DNA of 63,119 nt, counting the filler, from Bigelowiella natans CCMP2755 (taxonomy: Eukaryota > Protista > Cercozoa), in NCBI GenBank assembly GCA_000320545.1. It is 4 parts of 4 records of this genome, joined end to end, with 100 filler letters (N's around TTAATTAATTAA, not from the genome) between each part and the next. Parts side by side here need not be neighbours in the genome. Positions count along the whole stretch, not along the records: positions 59,072 to 63,119 come from ADNK01002584.1; 3 more parts are not named here. The stretch is one strand, 5' to 3'. The translations under genes were made by a program, and so were the position numbers. The notes beneath the pieces are model-generated. The model was not told the origin of the DNA. It saw only the letters and a program-made list of their open reading frames with translations, and searched no databases. Positions within the stretch are counted from its first letter, which is position 1; the number at the start of each line of letters is the position of its first letter. Below are positions 61,052 through 63,119 of this stretch, piece by piece.

Positions 61052-62881
61052 ATGGTGGATGGAAAGCATGCACAGAATGTGACCAAAACGTTCACACAGG
61101 AAGAAATTACGGAGATCAAAAAGGTATCGTATTCTTAGCAAACCACCCCGAAAATGTATCATTTGCGCAATCTCCACGCTTGTCTCTCCGATGATCCGCT
61201 TTCGAGTAATCCCAAGCCGCTAACGAGCAGGTCTTCGCCATGGTGGATAAGGATGGCTCTGGCTCTATCGATTCTAGGTTTTGCATGACATACATTCACG
61301 AATATCAAGAACTTTTCCCACAGTGGTTAGATAAGATGATGGTTAAAAAGAGTCGGAAAAGGAGTGCAATGCATTCTCCATCTTTAAAGGAAAAATATAC
61401 AAAATGTTTATTACGCATGGGGCCATTTGGTAAGATTTTGTGAAATTTGTTCAGCGAGCTTGGAAAGCTCATCAAGGATCTCACCCAGGAAACTCCCAGC
61501 AAAGAATCCATTTCCAGGTAATGATGAGGATGCATGAGCAGACCTTATGAGTTATAGATAATACTAGTGCAAGTAGACATCTCAGTTCCGAGCTAATGAT
61601 TAAACCCATGGCAGTTTCATTAAAAAAGTCGATAAGGACAACGACGGTAAGATCGATATTGGCGAGTTTTTGAAGGTGACACACTACAATACCATGTGCC
61701 TTTTCAAAACGACCTCTTCATCACCCAACTTCGGAACACCCATGACATTTTGGAAAAAAACTGTCCGAAAGAACCGGAAGAATATCTAGCGGATTATTGG
61801 CGCTTTCGATGTTTCCCGGTGAGAGCATTTTATGATGCAGTGAACGCCGCCTGTCTTCTTCGCTCTTAGGCCTTGGAGGAATGGATTCAAACCGGATATG
61901 GCAGCGTCGAGGAGGATCATGCACCACCCTTAAATAGAAAGGTAAGGCTTGCGTTACGGTACCTAAATACGCAACAGCAGCAAAAACATCAGGAGAGTGC
62001 TTCTCCCTTCTCTTCGTTCCTTCGCCTCCCCTTTTAAATTCCTCACATGAGTGCCCCGATTTATGTTGAGCGGCGATACTACATGCTATTTAGAGAAAGG
62101 CTGTCGCCTCTCCCAAAACTGCGCGAGCGAAGCTCCACAAGAAGGTAGTGGTGAGGTGTACATTCGCACCATCATCATCACCATCACCATCATCATCATC
62201 ATCACCATCCCGACTGACACGATGGTGGGCGTTCGGTTTCTCCTCCTCTCTCACCTTCCACCTCGTCAATTGCCATGGCATCGATCCTGCTGACTAGTGA
62301 CCTTGCGTCGTTGGTATTGATGGTATTGTTGTTTCATGTTGAATAGATCGCCGCCTTCTTCGTGTGCTTCAAGCAGTCTGACGACTTCACAGCCGTGCGC
62401 TCTCGCTACGCAGAGCTGGAACGCAACAGCACTACCCAGGTGGGATATGCGAGTGGGTGCTGCTGCTGCCGGTTTTCTTCTTCTTCTTCTTCTTTCTCCT
62501 CTTGCGCGCTTGATATCTAACTGGCAAAAAGGCACATCTCCCACGTTAATGCCCATAATGTATCTGCATCCACACTGAGTAGTCGTAGTCGTAGTCGTAG
62601 TAGTAGTAGTAGTAGTATGCGCCCCACCCTCCATCCTCCTCCTCCTCCCCACGCAACAGCATAGCTTCTTCGCTGTGTTGTAGCTTACAGCGGCACCACC
62701 ACCGTCGTTGTCATGAGCATCTCACCGTTCTGAACGGCGACTGTGCACGCTTAATATAATAATGCACGTTTGCTGCTGCAGAGGTCTAGTATTCGAGACG
62801 ACAGCAACATGATCATTGTAACTACGGTACGTCGTGTACTTGGAAGCGGGCGAAGAAGAAGAAGAAGAAGAAAGAGAACGA

Positions 62882-62921
<40 letters not shown>

Positions 62922-63119
62922 ACATATATATGCCACAACTATATATCGAAAATGGATAGTGTATGCATATCTCCTTCTTCTTCTTCTTCTTCTTCTTCTT
63001 CTTTTTCTTCTTCTTCTCACCTTCGTTATCAGAGTACGGAAGACAAGAAAAAGAGTCTGGAAAGGGCCAAAAAGGTATGTAGCAGCAGCAGTGGTGGTAG
63101 CAGCAGTAGTGGTAGCAGC
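61052..63119 (+). CDS. Protein with an N-terminal calmodulin-like EF-hand pair, 5' part only (continues beyond the window)
   Basis: Spliced TFTQEEITEIKK-VFAMVDKDGSGSIDS-SELGKLIKDL...-FIKKVDKDNDGKIDIGEFLK, followed by non-calmodulin exons. Confidence 0.8.

Overview
Gene-dense, intron-rich eukaryotic nuclear DNA with GT-AG introns full of microsatellites. It most resembles an alga with a secondary plastid (chlorarachniophyte-like), because the plastid-type PDH E1-beta has an ER-type hydrophobic leader. By manual splicing I find about 14 genes, mostly in alternating divergent and convergent pairs: Twinkle helicase (3' part), plastid pdhB, a purple acid phosphatase, a calflagin-like EF-hand/CEP162-like fusion with a 1021-bp in-frame tandem duplication, ISWI, an F-box/JmjC protein, an MFSD5-like transporter (3' part), an AT-hook/Tudor multi-TM protein, an EF-hand rhomboid, a TopoVIB-like gene, a gene with two copies of an unrecognised domain, an EF-hand protein and several hypotheticals. 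Three 100-nt N gaps carry an artificial TTAATTAATTAA linker. The most striking unexplained signal is a set of discrete 0.3-1.1 kb tracts just 3' of genes in which TpA is nearly erased, except within CTAG, while TG/CA/TGCA/CATG are abundant and CpG is kept. This points to a locus-targeted TpA to TpG/CpA ('anti-RIP') mutational or DNA-modification system. All family calls come from motif recognition, not database searches.
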